Notes: generated by a model not told the origin, from the letters alone. A stretch of 64,000 nucleotides of DNA from an uncultured bacterium (GCA_963713855.1 OY970209.1:1248001-1312000), one strand, 5' to 3'; shown: positions 28,646 through 39,601, numbered from the stretch's first letter. Made by a program: numbers and translations.

Positions 28646-31600
28646 TTATGGTTTAGGTGCGTATAAGAGCGCTGGAGTATCTTTTGTTAAAGTAGCTGAC
28701 GCTGGCACTGTTACACTGTTTGATCTAGGTGACATTTTTGAAGGATCATCGGTTGGTAACGGAAGTGCGATTCCCTGGAGCGTAAAAAGCAGCACGAGCT
28801 GTGGGTAAGTCAGAGCACCACCGGTTGGAATACCTGTAGCGTCGTAAAGCACCCCTGACCGCAAGTCCACGTACGAAGCTTGTGCAGGAGGAGCATATGG
28901 TGCTTGTTGATCTGCGTCAGTAAATTGATAGAGGTAGCGCTTGTTTTCAGCATCGTACAAAAATTGATTCGACTGGAGTATCGAAGCTTGTACGTTTGCA
29001 ACTTGATCTTCAGGCACGTTAAGTACAGCAGCTATAGCTTTTAGGTTTACGACGTTTGGCAATGGTTTAAAAATACCAATGTCCCCGTATGCGGTAAGAC
29101 TTATGTAGCCATTAAGTTGCTTTTGAACATCAAGAAGTGTCTGCGCGTCGGTCGATTGATAATCAGGTACGTAAAAATGTTTACCATTAGCATCAACTAA
29201 ACAAACATAAGAAGCTCCAGTTCGAGGATCAGTCAGATTATCGTAGAATGTGACACTATAATCACTCTTTTGACCACCGGGAAGAACACCTTGGAACACT
29301 TTACCCTGACCTTGCGCTCCTGCAGCTTTGCATTCGATGTAGGCGCCCGCTGGTAGCGTGGCAAGGCGATTATCTTTTGTAAGCGAAGAAACAAATAGGC
29401 TTTCTGCGCCGAGGGCAATAAGGGGCGCATTGGCATAATTTGGATCCCATTGTATTTTTGGTCCTTCAAATACGGTGCTCGGGCCAGTACCTATGTAACT
29501 ATATGAGCGAGCAAATTTTTGATTTGTTTCAGGTCCAAAGGTTACACCTTCAGGATCAAAAGCAATAACAGGTCCACCAGATGGTAACGTTTTCATTTGT
29601 CCCGTCTTAACCACCCAAGAAACTGTCCGACCAAGGTTGGCAGGTTTTACAGCGATGTAGGTATTTGCATTGCCAACAGCTTGAAAACCTTTAAAGACCT
29701 CTTCAGGGTTTTTGGTAGACGTAAAATCTCTATAAAATGCAAGATCAAAATAGTATCCGTCAGGTCCTTGCCCAAAAAAGCGAGGATTTTTAGCAGCATC
29801 AACGCCCCGTGCAAAAACAAGTCTTCCTTTTGATGTTCTTACAGGATATTGAGCTATGCGGGGATTTCCGTCATGCGTAAACTGCGTTCCAGTATAAAAA
29901 TCTACGTAATAAGGAGCTTCTTGGCCGACTGGTTTAAAATCTGCAAGTACACGTAAGCCAGGCATGAGCTTGTTGGTATACTCTAAAAGTGTGTAAGTGC
30001 CGTCAGGCATTGAAGCTGTTAAAGGCGGCGTAAATGCCGAAAGTGTGCTATTTTTGCTAAGATCTAAAACCCCAACAGTGGCTGGAACACTTAATACTTG
30101 AGAGCTACCGGCCATCGCAACCCCTGCCTTAGAACGCATCACATCAAGAAGCGCGCCCTCGTAAAAGGCGGTCGCATACCCCTGGCTATTATAAAGTGCA
30201 CCGACTTGTGCGCCTCTTACCATTGGTCCAGCGTAATCGAAGATGGTTTGCAGCGTTGAACCTTTAGGGTCACCAGGAGCCCCTGTAACAGCATAATATT
30301 TACCGTTATAAAACTTAAGCCATTGATACGGTGCGCTGAGGTAAGGCACAGAAGAACTTAATAACGCTGAAGCTATGCCAGAATCCAAGCTCATCGTAGG
30401 TCCGGTCGGTGTTTTTACAGGGGGTAACGAAGCTTGCTGCTGACCGATAAGAAGATCAATTGCGTTTCTCAGGGCAGTCCTTAAAGTTTTACCCTTGGAA
30501 ACCATTCCTACAAGGTCTTGTGGCTTTAACGAAGAAGGTAGGGACATGTCCGTCGCCCCTTGAGCATTATAAAAAATGCCTGAAATAAGGCTTACAATAT
30601 GCGTCGGATTTGCTTCCAAAGGAATACCGATAGGTTGCTGAATTGCACCATTGACTACGCTAACACCAACAAAAAAATCCGTTATTTGGGATATGCTCGG
30701 CGGAAATGCTGCAACGGAGGTGATATCTTGATAAATATAGGTGCCATTTGCCACGTCCTGCGGATCAATCGTGAGTAAGAAATTAGCAAAACTGTAGCGC
30801 TTCCATAAAGATGGCGGTTTTGTAGACGTTTGAACATCAAGCATTTTTCTGAGTTGAGTATTCTTAAGACCGCTTTGCAATGCTGCGAGGTTTGAAATTT
30901 TGAGCGGCATGCCATTCTTATCAAAAGCATTTACAAGAGCACCCTGATCATTACGCTGATACACAGTACCATTCACTAAACTAATTAAATATGGCTGCGG
31001 GTTTACGGCATTGAAAGGTTCGACCGATGGTACACTATTGTCAGCTTGAAGTACGGAAGCAACTATAAAAAAATCACCTGGTGCTGTAGAAGATTGATAA
31101 ACAAAGTCACCCTGTTGCAAGGCTTCAAGACTCACTGCTTGTATCAGGACGTTTGGAATCTGGTTTGTGGTGAATGAGAAGGGACCAAATTGCTCATATA
31201 ATAGCCACTGCTGTGGCTGTTTTCCCATCAAACCCAGTCTCCACAGAGTATGCGATCTGAGGATACTTATATGTAAAGGCATAAGCCCTGATGATTGCGA
31301 TGTTAAATAGTCTGCTAAAAGTGCTCGGCTCTTTTGATCCTGTCCCTGCACCTGGGGTCCTAGATTCATACCCCTTTGATAGAGATAGAATGGTCCTACA
31401 CCAATAAGCCCAGCCTCAGCAAGCGTAACTTGGTAATTCTGACCTGGATCAATACCCAGAGACGTTGAAAGCCCGTCAAACAGTGTTTGAGCTGCAGGAG
31501 TCAAAGCAGTTTTAAGGCTTGTCGTACCTATATGCTCAAAAGCGCTTGCTATAGCAGGGTTGCTTGTCGCTGAAAGCAGTTTATTAAGGTCATTTGGTGA

Positions 31601-34501
31601 AGCATGAGCAAGATCGGTTGTAATAAGATTTTGCGCTATACCTTTGCTCAATGTGCTTGTTATTGCACCAGCGATAACAGCTCCAACACTCTTTAATGCA
31701 GCTTCCTTATTTGAAGCCCAGAAACCGAGAAGCCCTTGTATTACAGCGGGAGTTAATCCAAGTGCTTGAAGTGACGAAACAACTCGCGAGGCGGCATAGG
31801 TCGCAATACGATCAATCGCATTAGAAGCTTTAGCACTGCTATATACGGCATCGGTTGAGGCTTTAATGTTTTGAGCAATCGAAAACACTATGTTAGGAAG
31901 CACACTCAATACAGGTTGGTTGTATGGGTTGAGGTCATATTCTTGATAAAGTGTTCCGAGCGGGGCGGTTAAATCTTCACAGCCTTTAGTTGTGTACGTT
32001 TTTTGTACAGATTGCGTACAAGCGATCTGAGCACCCTGGCTTAAAAAAGCCGTAAGAACGTTAGAAGTCGCTATGTATACCTGTTGAGTTTTTGGATCAA
32101 GCAGAATACTAAAGTCGACAGGTTTTTTTACCAATGTAAGATCCGGCGAGTAAATACGCGAGGTTACAAGGCTTACAAAATAAACGTGCTTTGGACTTGG
32201 TAGTTGCACAGGTGCAAAAAATGAATCAACCGGTACAAGGTAGTCGGTAAAGCTTCCTTCAAGCGTTGTACCGTTTTTATTGGCTTCGGGTGCACATTCG
32301 TAGACAAAAACAGTTTGATAAGCACCGGTCTTTTTAAGGATGTCAGGTACTGCAAGGGTAAAGGTACCATACTGGAATGGGCCTTGCTTTAACTCATTTG
32401 CAAAAGCGCCCGTCGACAGTCCGTTAAAAAGAGGCATGAGCGTTGCAGGTACTGAAGCTGCTGCGACTTTAGTTAAATCAATATATGGATTGACGCTCAC
32501 TTTACCAGTTGATATATCAAAAGCAGTCTGATTTACGATGCTATACAAAAACCTTACGTTAGGATTCGTTGACCACACAATGGCGGCTACGGTATTAGGT
32601 TTTTCAGGCTGTATTACCGGTACAAGCGCGGGTACAGGCGTATTACTTTCATCGAGTGAAATGACGTAGTCGTAAAGATGCGGAGCAACGTTAACAGGCC
32701 TTCCTTTTAGTAAACGACGCGCTTGCACGGCCCACGGCGTGTCAGCCGTCTGATAAACAAAGTAACTTTGAGCTGGAAGTGGAGCATTAAATTGATCCAT
32801 GTTAAGGTTAGAAGCATCAACTCCCACAAGCTCAAGCACCGATGCATCCGGCTTTTGCATAGCCTGCAAGGTAAAGCCACCTGATACACGTTCATCATTA
32901 ACGCGAACAGTTACCGGTCCTACGTTAAATGGGCCAGACATCTGATCATAGGTCGAGGTCGAAGGCAATATTTTCTTTAAGTAGTCAAGCGCTTTGGAGC
33001 TTGCGCTAGCAAGCTTTCCAGCCTGCTGGCCTATAGAAGCTGTCGGTGTAGTAAAGATATTTTTAGCTGAATCACTGTAAAAGATTTTACTTAAGCCTTG
33101 TGTGTAGTTAAGGTCTCTACGAGCGCTTCCTCCACCTTGAGCGCGAGCGACTGAGCCTTGAGTGGTAAATATACCCGTACCACTATACATGTCATACGTC
33201 TCCGTAAATGGTTGCCCCAGATTGAGCCTTCCCGCAAGGTAATAAATGTACGTTAACATGTTGGTGACACAGTTATGCGTAATGTCTTTAGCATTAAGAG
33301 GGTATAACATACGGTAGGGGTAGCTATCGTTTGCAGGCATGCCGTCGCCTAAAAATTCAAGACCGCTATTAAGGTGAATCATTTGCCCTGCAAAATTAGG
33401 ACTTACGATTGCTGCAGCTCCCCACGAGTAGTTAACGGCACAGTTATCGTAATTGCCGCTTGAAACAAAGAAGTTTGCGTTATCTATGTTAGCTTGTGGT
33501 GCATCCGATCCTGCCCACTCCCCAGCTCCATTTGAGATGGTATCAAACATTTTTTCAACATTTTTGTCTATGACACGAGAATAAAGTGGAAGCGTAAGAT
33601 CAACATTTTGCGTGTCTATAAGTGGCTCAGGTATTTGAACCCATACGCCACCTACGTTTTGTGGCGCTCGCATGGTTGCAAGTTTTGCTTGTCTTGTAAG
33701 AGCGGCTTGTATAGCTCCCATTACCCAGTTAGGTACCATAAATATAAATGCACCAAAAAGCGCTATTAACATATGCTGCTTTACAAAGCCCCAAATTTTG
33801 CCTTTCCAAGTTGCCTGCGCTTCCTCTGGACTCATTTTTTCTATACGCTCACCAAGGTCTTTAATCGATTCGTTAAGTTCCTTAATCGAACCTTCAATAC
33901 CAGTTTCAGCTTTAACTAATGTTTCACCCTGAACATCAACAGCAGCACGTGAGGCGGCACCAGCTTCAGCAGCCCCACCAGCTTCTCCAGCCACCTCCAC
34001 TAAGTCAGTCGAGTCTTTTACAAAGGCGTCAGCTGTTGAAGTTAGCTCACTCTTTAACGCAGTAATACTATCCTTGACAGCTTGATCACTAATACGCACA
34101 CCTTCAGGCAAAGCTTTTTGAAGATCTTCAACGGTACCAGTCAAAGCTGTACCGATGCGATCTACTTGATCAGCTGATATCCCGACAATATTAGCCTCAC
34201 CTTTAGGAAAAATTTGTTCAAGCTCGCTACCTAATTTCGAGAAAGCCGCTTCACTAACTTCGGGAGTAATATTTTGGGTTAACTCCCGCTCAGGTACGTT
34301 TTCAAAGACATCTTTAACCGTTGAACCCGCAATATCAGCTACGTTTCTACTCAAGCCTTCGCCAAGTGACGAACTAAGAGAATCAACAACAGATGTCTCA
34401 GCCCCCTCAACCAAGCCCGCCATGCCAAACGTATAACTGGGACAGATAGCTAAAAAGCTATACATACTCAAAAAGAATACCTTGTATTTAAGGCGCTCCA
34501 T
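28646..34501 (-). CDS. Giant (1951 aa) exported protein with internal repeats
   Basis: Long ORF; signal peptide; helical acidic N-region; TM near aa 240-270; repeated beta-rich motifs. Confidence 0.85.
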   Translation of the reverse strand: MERLKYKVFFLSMYSFLAICPSYTFGMAGLVEGAETSVVDSLSSSLGEGLSRNVADIAGSTVKDVFENVPERELTQNITPEVSEAAFSKLGSELEQIFPKGEANIVGISADQVDRIGTALTGTVEDLQKALPEGVRISDQAVKDSITALKSELTSTADAFVKDSTDLVEVAGEAGGAAEAGAASRAAVDVQGETLVKAETGIEGSIKELNESIKDLGERIEKMSPEEAQATWKGKIWGFVKQHMLIALFGAFIFMVPNWVMGAIQAALTRQAKLATMRAPQNVGGVWVQIPEPLIDTQNVDLTLPLYSRVIDKNVEKMFDTISNGAGEWAGSDAPQANIDNANFFVSSGNYDNCAVNYSWGAAAIVSPNFAGQMIHLNSGLEFLGDGMPANDSYPYRMLYPLNAKDITHNCVTNMLTYIYYLAGRLNLGQPFTETYDMYSGTGIFTTQGSVARAQGGGSARRDLNYTQGLSKIFYSDSAKNIFTTPTASIGQQAGKLASASSKALDYLKKILPSTSTYDQMSGPFNVGPVTVRVNDERVSGGFTLQAMQKPDASVLELVGVDASNLNMDQFNAPLPAQSYFVYQTADTPWAVQARRLLKGRPVNVAPHLYDYVISLDESNTPVPALVPVIQPEKPNTVAAIVWSTNPNVRFLYSIVNQTAFDISTGKVSVNPYIDLTKVAAASVPATLMPLFNGLSTGAFANELKQGPFQYGTFTLAVPDILKKTGAYQTVFVYECAPEANKNGTTLEGSFTDYLVPVDSFFAPVQLPSPKHVYFVSLVTSRIYSPDLTLVKKPVDFSILLDPKTQQVYIATSNVLTAFLSQGAQIACTQSVQKTYTTKGCEDLTAPLGTLYQEYDLNPYNQPVLSVLPNIVFSIAQNIKASTDAVYSSAKASNAIDRIATYAASRVVSSLQALGLTPAVIQGLLGFWASNKEAALKSVGAVIAGAITSTLSKGIAQNLITTDLAHASPNDLNKLLSATSNPAIASAFEHIGTTSLKTALTPAAQTLFDGLSTSLGIDPGQNYQVTLAEAGLIGVGPFYLYQRGMNLGPQVQGQDQKSRALLADYLTSQSSGLMPLHISILRSHTLWRLGLMGKQPQQWLLYEQFGPFSFTTNQIPNVLIQAVSLEALQQGDFVYQSSTAPGDFFIVASVLQADNSVPSVEPFNAVNPQPYLISLVNGTVYQRNDQGALVNAFDKNGMPLKISNLAALQSGLKNTQLRKMLDVQTSTKPPSLWKRYSFANFLLTIDPQDVANGTYIYQDITSVAAFPPSISQITDFFVGVSVVNGAIQQPIGIPLEANPTHIVSLISGIFYNAQGATDMSLPSSLKPQDLVGMVSKGKTLRTALRNAIDLLIGQQQASLPPVKTPTGPTMSLDSGIASALLSSSVPYLSAPYQWLKFYNGKYYAVTGAPGDPKGSTLQTIFDYAGPMVRGAQVGALYNSQGYATAFYEGALLDVMRSKAGVAMAGSSQVLSVPATVGVLDLSKNSTLSAFTPPLTASMPDGTYTLLEYTNKLMPGLRVLADFKPVGQEAPYYVDFYTGTQFTHDGNPRIAQYPVRTSKGRLVFARGVDAAKNPRFFGQGPDGYYFDLAFYRDFTSTKNPEEVFKGFQAVGNANTYIAVKPANLGRTVSWVVKTGQMKTLPSGGPVIAFDPEGVTFGPETNQKFARSYSYIGTGPSTVFEGPKIQWDPNYANAPLIALGAESLFVSSLTKDNRLATLPAGAYIECKAAGAQGQGKVFQGVLPGGQKSDYSVTFYDNLTDPRTGASYVCLVDANGKHFYVPDYQSTDAQTLLDVQKQLNGYISLTAYGDIGIFKPLPNVVNLKAIAAVLNVPEDQVANVQASILQSNQFLYDAENKRYLYQFTDADQQAPYAPPAQASYVDLRSGVLYDATGIPTGGALTYPQLVLLFTLQGIALPLPTDDPSKMSPRSNSVTVPASATLTKDTPALLYAPKP

Positions 34502-34671
34502 TACTACCCTTCCTTAAATCTTTTTAAGCTTCTGCTATATTTATACAATAACTAAATTTTAAATCTCAAGAGTTTGTTTAAATTTCCAGATTGTTTATAT
34601 AAAATTGGCTAAAACCGATTTTAAACCTTTTTTGTCGGATGACAAGGGAACGCGCGCTATATCTTCACGTG

Positions 34672-35823
34672 TTAGGGCTTAATAATTGGCTTAACGGTAA
34701 GTGCGGGCTCTGCTTCCTTAGTTGCCATGACAGCATCTTCTTCAGCGTCTTTAGAAACGTGAGCGAGTGGTCTTTCTTTGATGGTGCCATCAAGTGCTTT
34801 TTGGATAAAGCGTTGCACTTTGTAGATGTATTTTTCAGGATTATAAAAATATGAATCAAAATGCCCGCGGCCATTGGTAACCCACAAGCGTTTATATCCT
34901 TGTGCCGCATTGTACACCGCTTCCACTGCTGCGGGTGGTGCTTTATCATCATTGACGCAACTTATGAGCATGACCGGAATAGTTATTTTACTCATAGCTT
35001 CAACAACGTCTATTGGAACTATACAGGTATCAACTTGACTTGCATCCATCTTAGCTATTGTTTTGAGTCCAAATTTAAGCCACGATTGAACATAAGGATT
35101 ATATGCATACTTATGCAACAATGAGCGCCCTGGTAGCCCTACGTCATACCCAAATACCGTAAAGCGAAGCCTTTCCACCGCTCGTCCCAACAGATTTTCT
35201 GTCGACTCAAAAGGACAGTCCCATACTGCAAAGTCAAAAAGCGTTGGGTCGTTAGACTGTGCAAGAATAGAAGCTACCGCCCCCATTGAAAAGCCGTAAG
35301 CGATTCGCTTAGTGTCTTTAAGCTCCGGATCCGCCTTAACGAAATCAACTATGCCCATAACGTCGTACATCTCATCTTTTCCAAATGAGCAACACTGGCC
35401 TTCGGGTATGTCTCCATGGGCACGAAAATCAATTGTTATCGTGTTAAATGGTTTTCCGTCAAAAGCCGTATTAAAAAGTGAGTTGCTTAAAAAGCGTATA
35501 TCATACTTGTTACACATAAAACCATGAAAAATCAATACTGTAGACTGCGCACCAGGTCGCCTTATAAGCACAGCTTTGCGAGCCAATGCGCGGGTGGATT
35601 CGCCATTTTCACGAGAAAAAAAGGTAATAACCTCTTCTTGGCCACCCAAATAACGCTTCTTTCTTTCAGCCAAACGATCTTGGGCAGATCGAAAGCTTTT
35701 CTGATCGGCATGAAAGTGTGGCACATCAGACAATTTTCTAAAAAGTGCAAATATAACAGATATGCCGATTGCCAAAGCAAAGATAGCGATCAACAACCCT
35801 TGATAACGTCTCTTCATACTCAT
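34672..35823 (-). CDS. Membrane-anchored alpha/beta hydrolase
   Basis: N-terminal TM; FHGF, DFRAHG, GFSMG nucleophile elbow, D and GH triad candidates. Confidence 0.85.
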   Translation of the reverse strand: MSMKRRYQGLLIAIFALAIGISVIFALFRKLSDVPHFHADQKSFRSAQDRLAERKKRYLGGQEEVITFFSRENGESTRALARKAVLIRRPGAQSTVLIFHGFMCNKYDIRFLSNSLFNTAFDGKPFNTITIDFRAHGDIPEGQCCSFGKDEMYDVMGIVDFVKADPELKDTKRIAYGFSMGAVASILAQSNDPTLFDFAVWDCPFESTENLLGRAVERLRFTVFGYDVGLPGRSLLHKYAYNPYVQSWLKFGLKTIAKMDASQVDTCIVPIDVVEAMSKITIPVMLISCVNDDKAPPAAVEAVYNAAQGYKRLWVTNGRGHFDSYFYNPEKYIYKVQRFIQKALDGTIKERPLAHVSKDAEEDAVMATKEAEPALTVKPIIKP

Positions 35824-35901
35824 AGAGGTTTTCCTTATCTGCGCACACCTTTTAACGATACCATAAAGATATCATATTGTCCTTTTACTTAGTAAGCAAC
35901 G

Positions 35902-37359
35902 CTATACGTGCTGAGCAATAAGCTCTATTAACGCCTGTTTATTCATAGCCTCTGCTGAACGAGCAACCAGGCTGCCGTTTTTAAATATAAGAAACGTCGG
36001 AATCATCGTCACATCGAATCTCTTGGAAAGCTCGTCCGATTTAGCAGTATCAGTCTTTAAAAATGTAGCCTTATTTCCAAAATGAGCAGCCGCCCCCTCA
36101 AATACCGGCAACATCTGCATACAAGATGGGCAGTAATCAGCATAAAAATCAAGTATGATTGGACCTTTTGCACCCACTAAATGCGTATCGAGCTCTTTGG
36201 ATGAGGTTATAAGCGGAAGTGTTACGCGTATATCATCTTTGAATGCCTTATAGAACTGCTTTTCAAGGGATACCATATAGTCACTTTCAATACCGTGTTC
36301 TTCAAGGCACCGATCAAGATCCAATGCGGCTTTAATACCATCACCAGCGGCAACGCCAGCTTGACGATAGACAGCATCAGTTGCGTCTCCCGCTACAAAG
36401 ACACATGGCTTAGAAGTTGCCTGTCCTGGGCCTACAAGCATAATATGTCCCCGCTCGCTCCGCAGAAGCTGGTCTTTAAAGACATCAGTGTTTGGAGTAT
36501 GGCCGATTCCTAAGAATAGTGCATTTACCGCCAAGACTTCGTGCTTTCCTTGAGCGTTAGTGATATCGAGAGATGTTACATGATTGCCATCGCCGATTAC
36601 CTTGTTGGGCTTTGTTTTAAAACGAATTTCAATGCGAGGATTTGATCGTAATCGCTTTTGCATAATTGGCGAGGCGCGAAGCCGTTCCCCACGGACAAGC
36701 ATAATTACTTTTTCGGCAAATGTAGCAAGCTCGAGCGCTTCCTCCGCTGCAGAATCCCCGCCTCCCGCAACAGCTACTATTTTACCCTTGTAAAAGAACG
36801 CGTCGCATACTGCGCAAGTACTAACCCCTCTTGACCAGTAGGTATCTTCACCTTCTATACCAAGTCGCAAAGCCTGAGCACCTGTAGCAACGATAATTGC
36901 TGCAGCACGTATTTCTCTGCCCTCATCGGTCCAAAGCGTATAAGGGTACCTCGTTTTCAAATCTACTCGTGTAATAGTTTCAGGTGAGAAGGTTGCACCA
37001 AATGCACGTACCTGATCCTTTGCATTGCTCATGAGCACAGGTCCACGTTCGGATCCTACACCAGGCCAGTTTTCGATAACTGAAGTCTCTGTCAGCTGGC
37101 CACCAGGCTGTGGACCTTCAAAAACATACGTAGGCCAATTCATGCGCGAAGTATAAAGAGCAGCCGCAAGTCCTGCAGGACCCGAGCCTATAATAACGAC
37201 AGGAGCAAGATTCTGGACATCTTTAAATACGTCGCGATTTATGACGATGCTTGAGCCCGATTCACCTCGAGGAAGGCCACAACGATACCAAAAACCCATA
37301 CCAGCAAGACCAAGAGCACAGATCAGGACAAGGACCGGGAGAAACTGTTTACCATGCAT
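35902..37359 (-). CDS. trxB: Thioredoxin reductase fused to C-terminal thioredoxin, with N-terminal TM
   Basis: GSGPAG, GGQL, CAVCD, GGGDSA.EEA, AGD; C-terminal DFYADYCPSC thioredoxin domain. Start MHGKQ after AAGGA RBS. Confidence 0.88.
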   Translation of the reverse strand: MHGKQFLPVLVLICALGLAGMGFWYRCGLPRGESGSSIVINRDVFKDVQNLAPVVIIGSGPAGLAAALYTSRMNWPTYVFEGPQPGGQLTETSVIENWPGVGSERGPVLMSNAKDQVRAFGATFSPETITRVDLKTRYPYTLWTDEGREIRAAAIIVATGAQALRLGIEGEDTYWSRGVSTCAVCDAFFYKGKIVAVAGGGDSAAEEALELATFAEKVIMLVRGERLRASPIMQKRLRSNPRIEIRFKTKPNKVIGDGNHVTSLDITNAQGKHEVLAVNALFLGIGHTPNTDVFKDQLLRSERGHIMLVGPGQATSKPCVFVAGDATDAVYRQAGVAAGDGIKAALDLDRCLEEHGIESDYMVSLEKQFYKAFKDDIRVTLPLITSSKELDTHLVGAKGPIILDFYADYCPSCMQMLPVFEGAAAHFGNKATFLKTDTAKSDELSKRFDVTMIPTFLIFKNGSLVARSAEAMNKQALIELIAQHV

Positions 37360-37723
37360 TTTATATGTTTCCTTTATGATATGCCCATCGAGCATAAGTA
37401 TTACAAATAAAAATTAATTATAGTATTTAGTTTAAACAAAATGAAAAAAAAGTAAATATTCAAGAAGCACACCTTCTAGTTTATTGATTACGCACACAAA
37501 TGTTAAGATTTTATTCGTGAGATGCCCGGACATTAATTTTGGTTTTTGATTATATTGAGCATACTTTTACATACATTATACGAAAGACTCCAAAGCATTT
37601 TTCGTATAAAAATCTTATTCAAACACCCAAAAAAAGTATCTTTCGCTGATCATGACACTTTAAAAAAATACTATTTAATTTATACTAAGCGTGTCCCCCT
37701 CTTCTATTAACGAAAGGAACTAT

Positions 37724-39154
37724 ATGCGTTCGTCCAACTATTGTAGGTTATTATTTGCTATTATTTTAAGTTTGTCTTTAAATTCCGCTGCGCAATTTGA
37801 TGACGCTATTGCATCGCTTGGTTATGTTTGGCTTGGCGACCGTGTAAACGTAATTGCCAAAAAAGCCGGAAAGCATTTAATATCGCCCAAAGAATTTAAC
37901 TTAACATCCCCGGTTTTAAAACAAATTATATCACTCGGTACAAAAACGTGGATCAACGGCATAGTAAAAGAAACACTTGCAGACCCTTCAGCAGACGGAC
38001 TCGTATCAATTCTTTCTTCATTTACCATTGCATCAATTCCGCAGCTATTATTTCCTTCTGCAAGCCCGCAGATTTACGTCTCAAAAACATTAGAAAATGC
38101 TCTTAAATTTATAGAAAAAGGAGGTACATCGCCAGAACTCCTCGCAGAGCTAAAAGAAATTGCCAAATTACCAGCAACGGCGGAAGAGTTTGAAAAAGTG
38201 CTAGATAATGCCCTTCTAAGTTTGACAGACAAGTTTCAAAAGGTCCCCAAATATCAAGAAACTATAAAGCAACTTGAAAAAGCTGCCTCTATTGCGGGAA
38301 ACAGAGCAGCCATACGACTGGCAGCATTTAACGCTGGTCTTAAATTAAATAGCATCGTAGAACACGTTATTCGAATAGATGACTTTATATTTGACTATGA
38401 CACCGTAAAATTTGCAGCGCTCAATAGCACATTTGCGTCTCCAGATAGAAATGATTACCGTTTCACTGCAAGAGAGCGACTTATCAGATTAGCTGAGATA
38501 GCTCAAGAAGATCCACTGACTGCTAGCGTTGCAGTTGCACACTGCTTGCTGTCCCACGGGATTGTTTTATTCACTCAGATTCTTGGAAATACTGGCGTTA
38601 GGCAAACTAATGTCGCTCTTTTAGAGCCAAAAACAAGCACTTATGGAAAGCTGTTAAGCATCGCTTTTTCTATGTTCATTTCATATGGCATAGAGGACTA
38701 CGCAAAAAACATACTCAGAGATGGCTTTGATGAGCTTGATCTTTATGACCCAAAATATGTAAAAGCGTACGATGCAGCATACGTTGTCGGAGTTAAAGCT
38801 CCATTTGCAGTAGCTGCTTGGCAAGCTTGCTATACTTTTGCAAAAGTCCTAAGTAAAGGCTTATTGGTTCAAGCTCATTTACTGGATTTTGAGAAGCATA
38901 CCGACGTCAAAGAGGCGATCACGGGAGGTATTACGCTAGCAATTTTCACCCTTCTTTACGTCAACATAGAGTTTAATGAAATTCTTTGGGATAGTGTATT
39001 TTCCACCTTAAGAGGCATCAAGTATCTCGCTACAAATCCAAAGGAATGTGTCACGGTATATGGTGGCGCTGCCTTGGATGTCGCTGCCGATGGAATTGAT
39101 TCGGTTATGAGCCTTGTAGGAGCTAAAGAAGACGAACAAAAAGATGAGCTCTAA
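37724..39154 (+). CDS. Exported multi-helix membrane protein ending in KDEL
   Basis: AAAGGA RBS; signal peptide; several hydrophobic helices; C-terminus EDEQKDEL. Confidence 0.75.
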   Translation: MRSSNYCRLLFAIILSLSLNSAAQFDDAIASLGYVWLGDRVNVIAKKAGKHLISPKEFNLTSPVLKQIISLGTKTWINGIVKETLADPSADGLVSILSSFTIASIPQLLFPSASPQIYVSKTLENALKFIEKGGTSPELLAELKEIAKLPATAEEFEKVLDNALLSLTDKFQKVPKYQETIKQLEKAASIAGNRAAIRLAAFNAGLKLNSIVEHVIRIDDFIFDYDTVKFAALNSTFASPDRNDYRFTARERLIRLAEIAQEDPLTASVAVAHCLLSHGIVLFTQILGNTGVRQTNVALLEPKTSTYGKLLSIAFSMFISYGIEDYAKNILRDGFDELDLYDPKYVKAYDAAYVVGVKAPFAVAAWQACYTFAKVLSKGLLVQAHLLDFEKHTDVKEAITGGITLAIFTLLYVNIEFNEILWDSVFSTLRGIKYLATNPKECVTVYGGAALDVAADGIDSVMSLVGAKEDEQKDEL

Positions 39155-39160
39155 CAAATT

Positions 39161-39601
39161 TCATAGCTCGGCATCAATCATAGAAAGCCGCTTCTCATAA
39201 TGGTTTTTCTTAAAACCGCAGTGAAGCCAAGATACAAAAATACCATAGGCTTCCTGGTACGTTAGATAATCTGATGGAAAAACGAGTACGTTGACGTTGT
39301 CATCTTCACGCGAAGCACAAGCAATTGCAGGGCTCCAAGCGAGCCCTGCATATATTCCTTTATATCGATTAGCAGCGATCGCCATGCCTGTACCCGTACC
39401 GCACATAAGAACACCGGCATCAGCTGCACCCTGTTGCACAGCTCGCGCAACGGCTGCAGCAAAGACTGGGTAGTCTGATCGCTCTGAGGTTAAAGCACCT
39501 TTATCCAGCCACTCAAAAAGAATACCGTCCTGCGAGGTATGCTGCTTTATAAATTCTTTCATTCCAAAGCCGCGATGATCAGCGCCTATAGCAATAATCA
39601 T
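39161..39601 (-). CDS. rpiB: Ribose-5-phosphate isomerase B
   Basis: IGADHRG, SDYP, CGTGTGMAIAAN, R.DDN.NVL. Confidence 0.92.
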   Translation of the reverse strand: MIIAIGADHRGFGMKEFIKQHTSQDGILFEWLDKGALTSERSDYPVFAAAVARAVQQGAADAGVLMCGTGTGMAIAANRYKGIYAGLAWSPAIACASREDDNVNVLVFPSDYLTYQEAYGIFVSWLHCGFKKNHYEKRLSMIDAEL

